A stretch of DNA of 54,915 nucleotides, the filler included, from Squatina squatina (lineage: Eukaryota): NCBI GenBank assembly GCA_031763465.1. It is 3 parts of 3 records of this genome, joined end to end, with 100 filler letters (N's around TTAATTAATTAA, not from the genome) between each part and the next. Parts side by side here need not be neighbours in the genome. Positions count along the whole stretch, not along the records: positions 16,553 to 32,581 come from JARFOE010000013.1; positions 32,682 to 54,915 come from JARFOE010000203.1; 1 more part is not named here. One strand, given 5' to 3'. The notes beneath the pieces are model-generated. The model did not search any database and was not told where the DNA came from. It was given only the letters and a program-made list of their open reading frames with translations. The position numbers and the translations under genes were made by a program. Of this stretch, positions 25,301 through 37,943 are shown one piece after another (position 1 is the stretch's first letter; every line of letters starts with the position of its first letter).

Positions 25301-28300
25301 AGATGGAAAAGCTAAAGTATCCAAAGCTGCTGGCAGAAGATTCGCTGCTTAAATTAGTCTGAGAGCTTGTCTTCACCTGAGAAATCTGCTGATATTATGT
25401 TGCCGGTAGCAGGACTATCAACTTGGTCTATAAACCGTTAGTCTGTTGTGATTACACCTAAGCTCATCAGAGCTTTAAGAGCAGAGTAGATATGTCACTC
25501 CTAGATTGCTGAACATTAAAATCATTCAGAACATTGCAGTTTAAAACTTATTACATTTTGTTTGGCATTGCAAAGCCTTACGCTTGGGGCAGAGGGGTTG
25601 CTGCTCCACTAAACAAAAGTAGACGGATGCCCAGGGATAATTTTAATCTGCTTTAGCACAGAACAAGTACATAAAAGAGAAGCACCAATTAAATTTTCCC
25701 CACTTCTCAAAGTACCAGAAGCAATTCTTTCCAATTGCTTGGACCCTTACTTAACTTTTAGTTGAAAAGAATATTTCAGTTGTACAGGAAAGATTTTTTT
25801 TTTAATTCGTNNNNNNNNNNNNNNNNNNNNNNNNNNNNNNNNNNNNNNNNNNNNNNNNNNNNNNNNNNNNNNNNNNNNNNNNNNNNNNNNNNNNNNNNNN
25901 NNNNNNNNNNAGGCCAACGTGCGATGTGCTTTCTTCACTGCCTGCTGTACCTTTGTTGAGGAAGCTCATCCTCTGCCTGCATACCCTGTGTTGGGGTATT
26001 GCCTCCAGCAGGGTATAACCCTGCGCCGATGCCCTCTGTCCTGTGCAGCATCAAGTGATTGTGGAGAATGTTGGTGGTGTTGTTTTTGGTGCTGTTGATG
26101 TTGGGGTTTATCATGGGCCGATTCTGAGGGTCAAGGTGAGACTGTATAAACGGTACCCATGCTGATGGAATAGATGGCACATCAAGTCGAGATGACAAGC
26201 AATCTGTCAATGATATGATAGGTTATAACAATGAGGTGACACTGGATGGCAACTCNNNNNNNNNNGCAGTGAGCAACAGCTTCTGCCTGAGGAAAGTGTG
26301 CACTAATCAACTGGTTCTGTGACCACTCAACTTCCACCTCAGCTTGACAGTTGTTTCCGAGCTGCATGTTTCCCGTGGTCCTCCAGGGAAATTTTAAAGG
26401 TGGGTTAAATAGGGTCTAAAGGGTCTGACAACTATCTGAGAATGAATTAAGTTAGCTCGCTTTGCCTCTGATTTTCAGGTCGCTGCCGTGCCAGCAAACG
26501 TGTTCAAGGGAAAGGTGCGTGGGGGCAGAATGATGGCTTGCTTCGGACCCGCTCCAAGATATTGCAGATTTCCCACCTGACCCACCTACGCTCGTGCCCG
26601 CACGGACCCCAGAAAATCACAAGCAATGAGTTTGAATTCTCGTTACACAGAAGAAACCTTGCCCAGGGTATATCTAGATGTCTTTCACAGAAACCTTTAC
26701 TATTTGATATCTGCCATTTGGAATAATGTTTCAAATATATTGTTTATGAAATTGTGTCTAAAAAAGGCATGTTTGAGCTCTGCGGCTAACTAGCTTTGCA
26801 GTTCATTTAGAATTAAAATACTATTTCATCAATCTTTTTATATCGATGGCTGTATGGTCAAAAAAATGCTGAAACGTTTGTATTAAATGAACATTACAGA
26901 CCAGCGGTTTCGGGTTCCATCAGTTTTAATAAAGCTATTTTATGTCCCTTGGATAACTTTAAGGTTCACTAATTGTAGCCCAGAACCAATAAAGCAGAGA
27001 CAAGCAGTCAAACTGCATTTACATTCTTGAATTCTTCATGAATAAAAATATTTGATGAGGCTATAAAATAATTGGCATGGGATTTTGTAAAAAGATGTAA
27101 CTTCAGCTCTGAGTGGTCCCAGTTCAATTCTCCATGTATGATGCCTTGAAACCATGGAGCCATTGCGAGTTGATAGCACATCCACTTTACTTTGTGGTTG
27201 AAAATTTACAGGTTTAATCATAGGGCTCTTCAATGACTTNNNNNNNNNNATCTAAGGCTTATACTCAATGCGACACATGACAGATAGAACTCATTCTTTT
27301 TCTGCTAAAGAAGTTAGATATCAACTGAACAGACAGGTTTCTGGATAACCAGTGTGCATCAGTACCAATAACTACTGCATCTTTATATAATAGGCCTCTA
27401 ATGATGCTGGCTGCCTGTCAGGTGGGAAAGCCTGCAGCAGACGGACGCTGCGGGGGAGCGGGTCGGCAGAGATCACTAGCAGGAGGTTCNNNNNNNNNNN
27501 NNNNNNNNNNNNNNNNNNNNNNNNNNNNNNNNNNNNNNNNNNNNNNNNNNNNNNNNNNNNNNNNNNNNNNNNNNNNNNNNNNNNNNNNNGCCATAATCAT
27601 TTTATGTGGAACACCACAGGGCTGTATCGTATGCAGCTTATTTCACACAGCTGTTACCAGCCCTCATTATACATGCAAGAATAATGATGTGTATTTTAAC
27701 CACATAATGTGCCAGTCAAAGCAGGTCGTAATTAAACTCACTAAAATAGTTCCAATTCATTTTTTGTCAGACATTTTGTTTTTTTTTCTTTCATTACGAG
27801 GCTGATTTAACATCAATTATAAACATAAAAATATCTTCCAGAAGGACTGTAAAGCAATGCTATTTTAGTTTGTGTCTGAATAAAATGGATCCAAAGGCAC
27901 AAACCCATGAGCGCATTCGAGCCCTTCCAGCCACCTGCCAACTTTATTCTGCATTTTAAGAGGCAAATTAAAATAATCAGTTTTCTCTGGGCAAAAGTTT
28001 TTTTGATAATAAACAGAGCATTACGCTGATCCAAATTGAGATATCGCTCTGTGTCATAATTTGGTTCATCTACATTATTTGTTGCTATGTTTTCGCTGTC
28101 TAGTTAAGTGCTTTTAGGGGGAAATTGGAGGGATTTGATAATGTTACCGCTTAGTTATCATTAAGTATAAAATGTTCATTTTGCCACTGATGCTGCTGGA
28201 CTGTACCTTCTGCCTAGGATTATGTGTTGACTATTAATTAGGGCAAATATTAGAAGGGTGGATCTGAATTAAGCAAAATGCTACTTTGTGGCTTCTTGAG

Positions 28301-28494
28301 GCATATTAAAAATGAATGCTAAGCTTCCAATTTGTCGTCTCTGTTACTCTAATGCATTATTTGACATTCTCTTTTTTTCACTGCTTTGATTGATAAGGAC
28401 AGAGGAGTATGTTTGTCATTAAGTAGGATACAACTATAGGTGTTTGTTTAGGATTCTGACGTGATATGTGAAAGTTACATATTACAATAACGTG

Positions 28495-28883
28495 TCTGGC
28501 ATTGCGGCCCACATGGGTGCATACAATGTGCGCATGCACCCGTAGGGGCCCCGCAACTTCCGGGTTTAGGCATGCAAAGCGCATGTGCCTAAGCCCGGAA
28601 CTTGCATTCTGTCAAGAGTTCTCTTCACAGATTGCACGCCTCCCCGGGAGAAGGGCCTCCGTGGGCGGAGAGTTGAGCTATTTGCCCAAATCCTGCCCAG
28701 CGAATGCCCTTCAAATCCTTACGACTGAAATAGCAGCTGCTTCTATCAACGTAAGACTTTTAAATGACAAAGAGAGATTTTTTGCAATAATTTAAACAAA
28801 TTCAGTTCAGTAAGGTAAGTTTATTTTTAGACACTTTAGAGTATATAAATTTATTTTTCAAAAATGTAAATTTATGTTTTAAA
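28495..28883. mobile_element. MITE-like element with nested hairpins (same family as 46604-47207)
   Basis: Contains GAGTTGAGCTATTTGCCCAAAT...AATGCCC, closely matching GAGTTGGGATATTTGCCAAAT...AATGCCC at about 46714-46755, followed by an AT-rich core. Confidence 0.6.
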
Positions 28884-29774
28884 NNNNNNNNNNNNNNNNN
28901 NNNNNNNNNNNNNNNNNNNNNNNNNNNNNNNNNNNNNNNNNNNNNNNNNNNNNNNNNNNNNNNNNNNNNNNNNNNNNNNNNNNAAACCTCTTAAGACAGT
29001 AACATTTCTATTCTGTGGCATTTCATCTGTTTTGAGGTAACACTTGTTTTCTATCTTTCAAGATTATTCAAGACCTGCCTCGTGCTTGCCAGACGAAGAC
29101 TTATTTAGGTAGATGTCTATCATTCCTTCTCAGTACATGAACATTGAATTGCCATGGACAGAATCTCATCTTCTTGGTCACTGAAGGGATTTCTGCACAA
29201 TACGGATAAATATAAGTAATATCAGTATGTCCAAATATTGGTGAGAATGAATAACGTATCAATCCACCGTCAAAGATAACTGAGGAAAGCAATGCACATT
29301 TGGACTGAGCCACTTTTCGACTTCATTGAATCAGACCAGGCTGTCAATACAATGCATGCCTTTCAGAATGTGACTCACGAGAGCTTTAAGCGTCCATTTT
29401 GATATTTATTTTGGTGCAGTGTAGTAACACCACAAGTGAGTGCCTTTTTATTCTCAAAAGATAATTATTGAAGAATGGTACATAAATTGGTGTTTAACGC
29501 CATTTAGATATTTCTTAGCGACTCATCAAGTGATGAGGTGAATATGTCACTCTTGCCTTCATGGTTGCTTTTCACATGCATTGTCCTGTGGGATTCTGAA
29601 AGGGTTTTGTACATAGAAGGAAATATACTGATGCCTTTCGAGAGAAAATTACTGTATTTTTTCTCCTGTTATAGCTTTGAATTATTCATCAGCTTTCAAT
29701 GTTGGCGTCCACGATTTAACATCTCAAAGGCTCTCCATATGAGGACTGATAGTTTGGAAATACAAAGTGTTACA

Positions 29775-30003
29775 CCTCGGGGTCGCACTTGCGGACCAAA
29801 CAGAGGTGTTGTGCAAAGCGGTCACCCAATCCGCGTTTGGTCTCTCCAATGTAGAGGAGACCACATCGTAAGCAGCGAATACAGTATACTAAACTGAGAG
29901 AAGTACAAGTAAATCGCTGTCTCACCTGGAAGGAATGTCTGGGGCCCTGGACAGTGGGAAGGGAAGAGGTAAAAGGACAGGTGTAGCATCTCCTGCGCTT
30001 GGA
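29775..30003 (-). mobile_element. Penelope-like element, GIY-YIG endonuclease fragment
   Basis: A minus frame absent from the ORF track reads KRRRCYTCPF...FQVRQRFTCTSLSLVYCIRCLRCGLLYIGETKRGLGDRFAQHL, a GIY-YIG motif. Confidence 0.9.
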
Positions 30004-31199
30004 NNNNNNNNNNNNNNNNNNNNNNNNNNNNNNNNNNNNNNNNNNNNNNNNNNNNNNNNNNNNNNNNNNNNNNNNNNNNNNNNNNNNNNNNNNNNNNNNN
30101 NNNTGTTTCCATCACTGAATGCATTTCATTTGTGCATCCTTTAGCATCTGTCATGATAAAGGATTTGGTCATTACTTGATAATTCAAATACCATTCCATA
30201 TTTATCACAAATAGAATTTGAATAACTAACGCAACAGAGGCACTTTCTGCACAATTCAATGATAATGGAATTAGATTCGAATAGATTGAATCTCCAGCCA
30301 ACCATATGGGTGACAAGCATAGTGTGGGCAAAAGTGAATGTCCTCTTCAATCAGTTTACCTGGTAAATAAAACCTAAGATGCACAAATGTTTATCAGTAT
30401 TCAAAAATCATTTTTTTTCCATGTGAAATGTAAAATGGGTATTTATGTTGTCAATCGAGTACTGGTAGTTATACCGTGAAACTATACTGTACCTGCGCAT
30501 CTACTACTTTATTTGTACACTGTTACCATCAAATTGAAATTAAATAATTCTGTTTCTTTACTTGAATAATAGTTGCAGTAATTATTAGAGAACACAAGCA
30601 CATTTATGGGTGAGGGGTTAAGCAATTCTAGCATGGTATTGAAAAATCTAAAATAGGAGCATGGGATTTGAACTTGGATGCTATTTGTAGCAGTGCCAGG
30701 CATTAAAAACACTGTTTGTAAGCCTTCGTTTTGAAGTTGCTCCAGAAACTTTGTTGAAATGATCTCAAATCACACTTTTCAAACTTGTTATTAAATCCAC
30801 AAATTAAGTGCTACTGTATGTGTTCAGAACTTGGTAAAGCAGAACTGGGTCATAACTTAGTATTTTGTGTATTATCAGAGTGATCTTTTTTGTAAACTTC
30901 AACAGTTGTGTTCATAAATCACCTCAATAAAATAAGCAAGCCTCAGTTTTAGGATACCACATCTCAGACTTTATTGTGGATGCTGAAGGGATTGCAAGGG
31001 ATTCCACCTGGCCAAACAACATAATAGAACCAATGAGTGAAAATTGGCAACCATGCATTTGAAATGTACAATAGACTTCACAACATTGCATGGATTTCTN
31101 NNNNNNNNNNNNNNNNNNNNNNNNNNNNNNNNNNNNNNNNNNNNNNNNNNNNNNNNNNNNNNNNNNNNNNNNNNNNNNNNNNNNNNNNNNNNNNNNNNN

Positions 31200-31610
31200 A
31201 GCTCACGCATGGTCGCAAGGATGGGCCCGAAGGCTTGCACAGAGCATTCCACAATCCTGGAACTTGACTCCTCTATACTCCAGATCAAATGGTTAACGCT
31301 CTCTGGCACCCTTGCCATTGCATCTGCCACGTTCTGATGCATGGCCATGACCCCAGTAGGACAGCCTCTCCCTTGAGGTACTCACCTGTTTGGACCTCAG
31401 CAGGACTCAGATACCTGGCCCCCTAGCTTTCCTTGCCTGCTGACCCTGCTGCAGCCCATTACTTCCCAGTGCAGAGTGAGTTGTGAGCCTAAGGGCCAGA
31501 AATGTGGTGCCCTTACGCGAGGTGAATGTATCTGAGCTGCTGCTGGCAATTAATTGAAGTGGTGACGAGGCAATTAGGCAGGATGCACTAGCACTCCCAT
31601 TGTTCACAAA
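31200..31610 (-). mobile_element. Possible decayed PIF/Harbinger-associated Myb/SANT-protein ORF fragment
   Basis: Helical HQNVADAMARVPESVNHLIWSIEESSSRIVECSVQAFGPILATMRE resembles the coiled C-terminal part of such ORFs; recognised from memory only. Confidence 0.3.
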
Positions 31611-32581
31611 GGCACAGAAATAAATATACCCACATTAGCTGAAACTATAATCTAGTTACAATAAGATCTCCTCGAGGTTTTAGTGTTGACATTCGTAAAA
31701 TAGCCATCGGTAATGTTAAATGACATCTCTATAACTGGGTTTATCTTACAGTGGCAGCCTTGAATTCAGTGATAGTGCAATCAGAGAGTGCCCTTGGCAG
31801 CATGGATTAACATCTCAGGGAATATTTTTCCCATGGCAACAGCTCTTTATATTTGCCTTCCAATAGTACTTCCAAAGCAAAAGTGTCATTTTCTGCTCAA
31901 AACCAACAGGACGATCTCCTNNNNNNNNNNNNNNNNNNNNNNNNNNNNNNNNNNNNNNNNNNNNNNNNNNNNNNNNNNNNNNNNNNNNNNNNNNNNNNNN
32001 NNNNNNNNNNNNNNNNNNNNGCCCAACTTTTTCCTATCCATCAGGGGCGGGAGGGGAGGGGACAGGGCGTTAAAATCGAGGCAGTTGTGCTCTTGAATGG
32101 TCAGAGCAGAGCAGTGATTAAGTTCATTGGCATCTTGAGTGCCAGTTCAGTGCTGAATGACGTGCAATTTAATTCATCTCATTTGTTTTAAAACTGATGA
32201 GCTAGATCAAAGATGAGATGGCATGATGATTAGTAGAAAGACATTTGAGTCAGGCTGTTGATTATATGACGACTGAATTAAAAGGTCCTGGTCAATGTGC
32301 ATTGGCATTCTGGTATGGCATTGATTGACATTAATAATTAAGATGACAACTTAACCCTCGCCAGTTCATTATGTAGTGAGTCACATTCGTTCCCAGCATG
32401 GTTCCTGAGTCACATTCATCTTCAGGAGGAAACTGACACTGTGTGTGACGTGCCCCATGGATACATGTCCATTCACTGCTAGGCAACAGAGTGTTACTGG
32501 TGCGGGAATTCAAGGAGCACTCTGGAGCCCTTTCAGTCACCCTACCAGCTGAAGGAAGGATGAGGGTAGTAGTTCAGTAGC

Positions 32582-32681
32582 NNNNNNNNNNNNNNNNNNN
32601 NNNNNNNNNNNNNNNNNNNNNNNNNTTAATTAATTAANNNNNNNNNNNNNNNNNNNNNNNNNNNNNNNNNNNNNNNNNNNN
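32582..32681. other. Artificial scaffold-concatenation pad (N44-TTAATTAATTAA-N44)
   Basis: 12-mer at 32626-32637 flanked by 44 N on each side. Confidence 0.95.
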
Positions 32682-33069
32682 CTGAAAAGCAAAGGGGCGA
32701 GAGGGTGGGAGGGGAGAGGGAAGGACAAAGGGTAACATAATAGTGTGATTGACTGGAAGGCAGAAGAGATTAGGAGATGATGCAAGGATATCTGGGTAGC
32801 TTTATTACAGTCATATTAATGTTTGCTGCACAGTGTGTGAGCTGAAAACTAAAATGGTCAGCCCAGTGAGCTTCACTGTCCTTGGAGCTGTGAGGGTATG
32901 TAAGGGTTTTGAAGAAGACAACAGAATATAAATTCGGAACGATGTGCTTAATCAGCTATTAATTACATTATAAAGTTTACCCTTCTCACTTGGTCTTTAA
33001 CTAGTTAAGCAACAAATCTTCCTTTTGGTTAAAAAATCCAGTCCTCACATTCGCTTTGATTCGGCCTAC

Positions 33070-33276
33070 CTGCTTTGCACGTTTTCTGGCCGCATCAAGT
33101 GCTCTTCCTCTCTCGACAGAGCGCTGTACCACTTTCTCCCAGCATGATTGCACACTGAACAGAAGGTTCTTTATCAGAACCACATCCTGTTTCTGGCTGA
33201 GGAACTTCAGCTGATTTCCAGTTTTATCCAGGTCAATGATTTGGTCACGATGAGAATTTACTTCATTGGCAAAAAT
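33070..33276 (-). CDS. MACF1: MACF1 exon IFANEVNSH...ARKRAKQ
   Basis: 207 nt, CAG/GTAGG boundaries; SCWEK where human has SRWEK. Confidence 0.95.
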
Positions 33277-34141
33277 CTGGAAAATAGTAACGGGCATTAA
33301 ACCCCTATAGATAAATTAAAACTAATCTCAACAGCTGTGTGTTTTTTGTGAGTTATTTCTTTATTTTTGCCCACTCAGGTCTCATTAGATGATAGATAGG
33401 TAACTCACTGCAAGAGTTCAGTCAATGCTGCTCTGTAGCTAGTTATTAGGAAGTATCTCACTGTTGCCTTTTTATTTTCCTTTTCTCATTGTGGGGAAAT
33501 CCACAATATCACAGCTGAGATCGGGAATCAAGGGTGCAAGTCCGCTTCCTAGACTCTGACACATCATACTGGGGACCACAACAAATAGCACCACAATGTT
33601 GTTTCTTTGTGATTTTTAATATGTTGCAAAGTCTCAGTTTCGATTGCAATAAAGNNNNNNNNNNNNNNNNNNNNNNNNNNNNNNNNNNNNNNNNNNNNNN
33701 NNNNNNNNNNNNNNNNNNNNNNNNNNNNNNNNNNNNNNNNNNNNNNNNNNNNNNNNNNNNNNNNNNNNNNNNNNNNNNNNNNNNNNNNNNNNNNNNNNNN
33801 NNNNNNNNNNNNNNNNNNNNNNNNNNNNNNNNNNNNNNNNNNNNNNNNNNNNNNNNNNNNNNNNNNNNNNNNNNNNNNNNNNNNNNNNNNNNNNNNNNNN
33901 NNNNNNNNNNNNNNNNNNNNNNNNNNNNNNNNNNNNNNNNNNNNNNNNNNNNNNNNNNNNNNNNNNNNNNNNNNNNNNNNNNNNNNNNNNNNNNNNNNNN
34001 NNNNNNNNNNNNNNNNNNNNNNNNNNNNNNNNNNNNNNNNNTTCCTAAAACCCTGGGGTAAGGTTTTTCCCATCTTCAATCTCCCATGAGTCTGCCATCC
34101 CTAGTTCACTCTACACAAAGTCTAATCCGGAACTCCCACAC

Positions 34142-34297
34142 CTTGTGTTCATCTATCTGGAGAAGGACTGAATCGAGTATAAGACTAGGAGGAGCTGCGA
34201 TGTTCAGGCTTTGCTCTGCCTGTGTAAGCCAGTTAATGAAATCCTGCAAGGAATTCTGAAACTCTGTTGCGAGATTGAGAGCCTCCTCCAGCTTGGT
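34142..34297 (-). CDS. MACF1: MACF1 exon [20 protein letters not shown]...QIDEHK
   Basis: 156 nt, canonical splice sites. Confidence 0.95.
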
Positions 34298-34496
34298 CTG
34301 AAAAAGAAAAATGAGAAATTCAAGAAAATCTAGGAATGCTGGAAAGAAACATTAAATACACCAAGAACTAACACTGTTGATCTCCATATTACAAGTCTTC
34401 GTCCTCCCACTCAGAATAATGGTCGATTACTTTTTTTTTTTAAAAACATTCCTCTCCTCACATTATCGAAGATGCTAATATTGCTGGCCGTCCTAC

Positions 34497-34667
34497 CTTC
34501 CTTTCTTCCATCTTCGTGCTCATCAATTGCCACTTCTGTTCTAATAATGCCACACATTGTTCAACATTAGATCCTGTAGTGTCGTCACGGCTACTCAGCA
34601 ACAGCCGACCTTTCTCGTGCAGGTTCCTGTATGTCTCCTCATTAGCACAAAACTCCGTGTAGAGTTC
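34497..34667 (-). CDS. MACF1: MACF1 exon ELYTEF...LLEQKWQLMSTKMEERK
   Basis: 171 nt, TAG/GTAGG boundaries. Confidence 0.93.
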
Positions 34668-36217
34668 CTAAAAAACAGAAAGCAATCTTTACAACCAGCT
34701 TTTGTGATTGATTGTCAACTGAAATGTTATTATTTGTCTTTTGTTAGCATGGTCAGTCACCAGTTTCTCTTCACTCAAGATTTTTTCCTTTATTTTACTG
34801 TTCACTGCAGAAGACCTTTTGCATACATATATCTTGTGTATAGTTTTGTCATACATTATTAACAGTAGAATACATTAGTGTCATAAGACAGCTGGTGTTT
34901 TACTCTAAGAAGTATAAATGTACAGGAAAGCTAGTTCATATCTTGTGCTTTGTACTCCATAAAAATATAAACATTCAAGAGACTAAGAGAAAGTGCACTG
35001 TGCATAATTAGTAAGAAACACCTCAATGCATTTTAATAAAATGCCATTGTCCACTCTTTTCGTGAAATAAAACAGTAGATGGATTTCATACAATGGCATG
35101 AACACACAAATATTGCACATCACAATTTCAGCACCAAAACTAAGAACATTGGCTGATAATGTGCATTAATATGACTGATTCAAGTTTACATTGAACATTC
35201 TTTTAACTTTTGGTATGATACAGATGAGTCCTTGTGTTCTTTGGATCTGGTCGGGGAACTCAATGCAATGTGTAAAACCAGCTATAAGTATACTATGCCA
35301 CAAGGTGATGGGATGATTGTCTGCACCGTGATCTCTTGGAGAGTTCCCAGGATTAATCTGGAAGGGGTAAACAAATCGACTGGCACTACTCTAGAGCACG
35401 TCGCAGTGACCAGCTGCAGAAAGGTACTGATAAAAGCTTGCTCAGGGAAAAGTGCTGTAAATGAGTGATATAAACTGGAATTACAATGTATAAATTACAG
35501 TTGTTTTTTTCAATGAAGTCTTTTGCCAAATGTTCTCGTACATGAGCCATTGAGCATGGGGATAAGCCCATAATTCTGGTCAAAGCATCCTTGTGGGCTG
35601 TCTTGTTGCATGAGGCTTAGTTCTTCAAATATTTTAGGAGTCTAAACTCTTGAATTGTTAAATTAGAATTTATACTGCAAGTTTGGGTGGGGTGCCTGTG
35701 AGATCTAGGTTAACAGTGTAGGACTGTGGCCATTTACTATTTATCTCTTACATGGCTGACTACTTTTGTAACAAATTGTCAATGACAGCCACTAAATGAG
35801 ATGAACGCCCATGATGTTCTCACACCTAATGCTGGAGGAGTTGACAAGTCTAGTTCTGTTACTGTGATCTTGCCTTTGATTTTCCTTTTTGTAATTTGAT
35901 CTATTTCTCTCCCTCCTTTTCTGCCTTCAGTGAGCTACTTTTCCCACCATCAGAGGAGTTACATGAAATACATTGAATGTTTGGCTAGAATGCACACATT
36001 TCATGTTGGATTTAGATAGAGAATGCAGCACACATATGAAATGCCACTGAATACCTCAATGAAAGACAGCATTGAAACTCCTATAGACTACATATGGATA
36101 GCTTAAAGGAGTTATTTAAAAAACAAAAGTCCAGTTAAATTCCATCAAATGAAAACAATAAAAGGACATTGTTTCGTTAAATCTTTTGCTTTTGAAGGAG
36201 ATAACCGAACTTCTTAC

Positions 36218-36346
36218 CAGGTGTGCATTGAGTTGCTCCCGGGCAGTCTCAGGTAAACCTCCAGTGGATTTAGATGCTGCCAATTGATTCTCAACTCAGT
36301 TTAGCCACTGCAAAAAGTCCTCTATCTCTCCATGAAATCCTTCAGC
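36218..36346 (-). pseudogene. MACF1: MACF1 exon [42 protein letters not shown] with in-frame TGA
   Basis: 129 nt, canonical splice sites; the TGA (plus-strand TCA at 36296-36298) aligns with Arg in human MACF1 as recalled. Confidence 0.9.
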
Positions 36347-36689
36347 CTACGAAACAAGAAGCATCGTTCAGAAAAAGTAGTAGTTGACTAATAAAGGTCG
36401 CCAATGTCTACTGATAATACAGAAATCAAACATCAACAACAGAATTCAGCAGATGAAAAGTACCATGGAAGGAGGTTTCAGTTATACCTGAAATAGCTGC
36501 TTTGTTATTTAATTAGTACTGAAGTACATATTTAAGACTGACTCAAATTAGATCAAAACTTAAGTAATCAAAGTACACAAAAATCTACATTTGTGGCTAC
36601 CTAAAAGTTCTAAGAGCAACCATCACACCTCAAAGTACCAAAATTATATGAAAAAGGGCAGTAATTTCATGCAACAAGTTACATATTAT

Positions 36690-37500
36690 TAATGTGAATC
36701 GAGCTGTATGGAGAGAAATGGGTAGGGGACAGAAAGAAAAGAATGGACATCTTTCAGACTGGTGGGTATGGGTGAGTCCTGCACCTGCACTGTTTATACA
36801 AATTATTTGGATATAGGCATAAGTGGAATGATGTTGAAGTTTGCGGATAGTAGCAATTCAGAGGGCATGGTAAACCGTGGAGAACACTGCAGAATACAGA
36901 CAGGTTAGTAGAGTGGGAGGATAGGTGGCTGATGCAGTGTAATGCAGAGAACTATTAAGTAGTACATTGTAGATGAAACACCGTAAGCTGCAGAATTGTT
37001 AACAGAGTGGAGGAAGAGAGAGATCCAAAAGGGTACAGAAACACAAATCTTTTCTGCCATAGAAAATTCCCCCCAAAAAGCAAATGAGATTCTGTGTTTT
37101 ATATATATAGGGATACAGAATACAAAATCAGAAGTGATGCTAACATTGTAGAAGACACTGGTTAGGGCCTTTTGGGAACTCTATTATAGGGCAAATATTT
37201 AAGCCATGGGATGGGTGAAAATATTGATGACAATGATACCAGGAATGAGAGATTGGTTATGTAAGACTGCTAGAAAAATTAAGACTTTCACTGAAACAAG
37301 GCCAGTTAAGGGAGGATCTAAGAGATTTTCAAAATTATGAGGGCAAACAGTGAAATATTATTTCCATTGATTGGCAAATGAGTGACAATAGGGCTTAAAC
37401 TCAGGATCATGAAGAATGAAGGGAAGTTACAGGAATTGCTTTTCATAAAAGGCTTTTTAAGAACATGGAATGTTTTATCATAAATGGCAGTTGATGCTTA
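36690..37500 (+). mobile_element. Old degenerate CR1 RT fragment
   Basis: AAGTTTGCGGATAGT (KFAD), GAGTGGGAGGATAGGTGGCTGATG (W..RW.M), GAATACAAAATCAGAAGTGATGCTAACATTGTAGAAGACACTGGTTAGG. Confidence 0.75.
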
Positions 37501-37745
37501 CAGGTTGACCTCCAACCAGAAATTCGCAAGTACCGAGGCAGTCTGCAAAATTCCTTGATCTATGTCAATTAACTTGCAATTGGCCTCAGGATGAATAGAT
37601 AGGTTAAATGTAGTACCATAAAATATACAGCGCATTACCTTGCTGTTATAAGACAGTATCATAAGCAGTACCATGTGAGATCTGCTAATAATTTGTCTTT
37701 GCCTAATGCAAATATTAAAAATCTATGCCTCCTTCCATTGCATAC

Positions 37746-37943
37746 CTGCTGCAGAGCAGCCTCGAGTTGCTGCTCTCTCCCTTCAGTTTTCTGCAGCAGC
37801 GACTGCCAGCTCTGGTTTAATTTATCCAGTCGATGCTTTAGGTCACTGGCATCCTCCCCAGCACTCGACTCCAGGAGCTCATCCCCAGCTTTATTTACAG
37901 TGTCGACTGTTGATTTGTGGGCAAGAACATCATTCTTCAGGAC
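37746..37943 (-). CDS. MACF1: MACF1 exon VLKNDVLAH...[10 protein letters not shown]
   Basis: 198 nt, CAG/GTATG boundaries. Confidence 0.95.

Noticed and set aside
16453-32681. Apparent linkage of ABHD17C/CEMIP2-like with MACF1, and the repeated TTAATTAATTAA palindrome
   Set aside because: The 12-mers sit inside identical N44 pads and are artificial six-frame-stop separators, so no synteny can be inferred across them.
36296-36298. Selenocysteine or an alternative genetic code as the explanation for the in-frame stops
   Set aside because: The TGA aligns with Arg rather than Cys, the other stop is TAG, ABHD17C terminates normally with TGA, and the splice-site lesion needs a separate cause.
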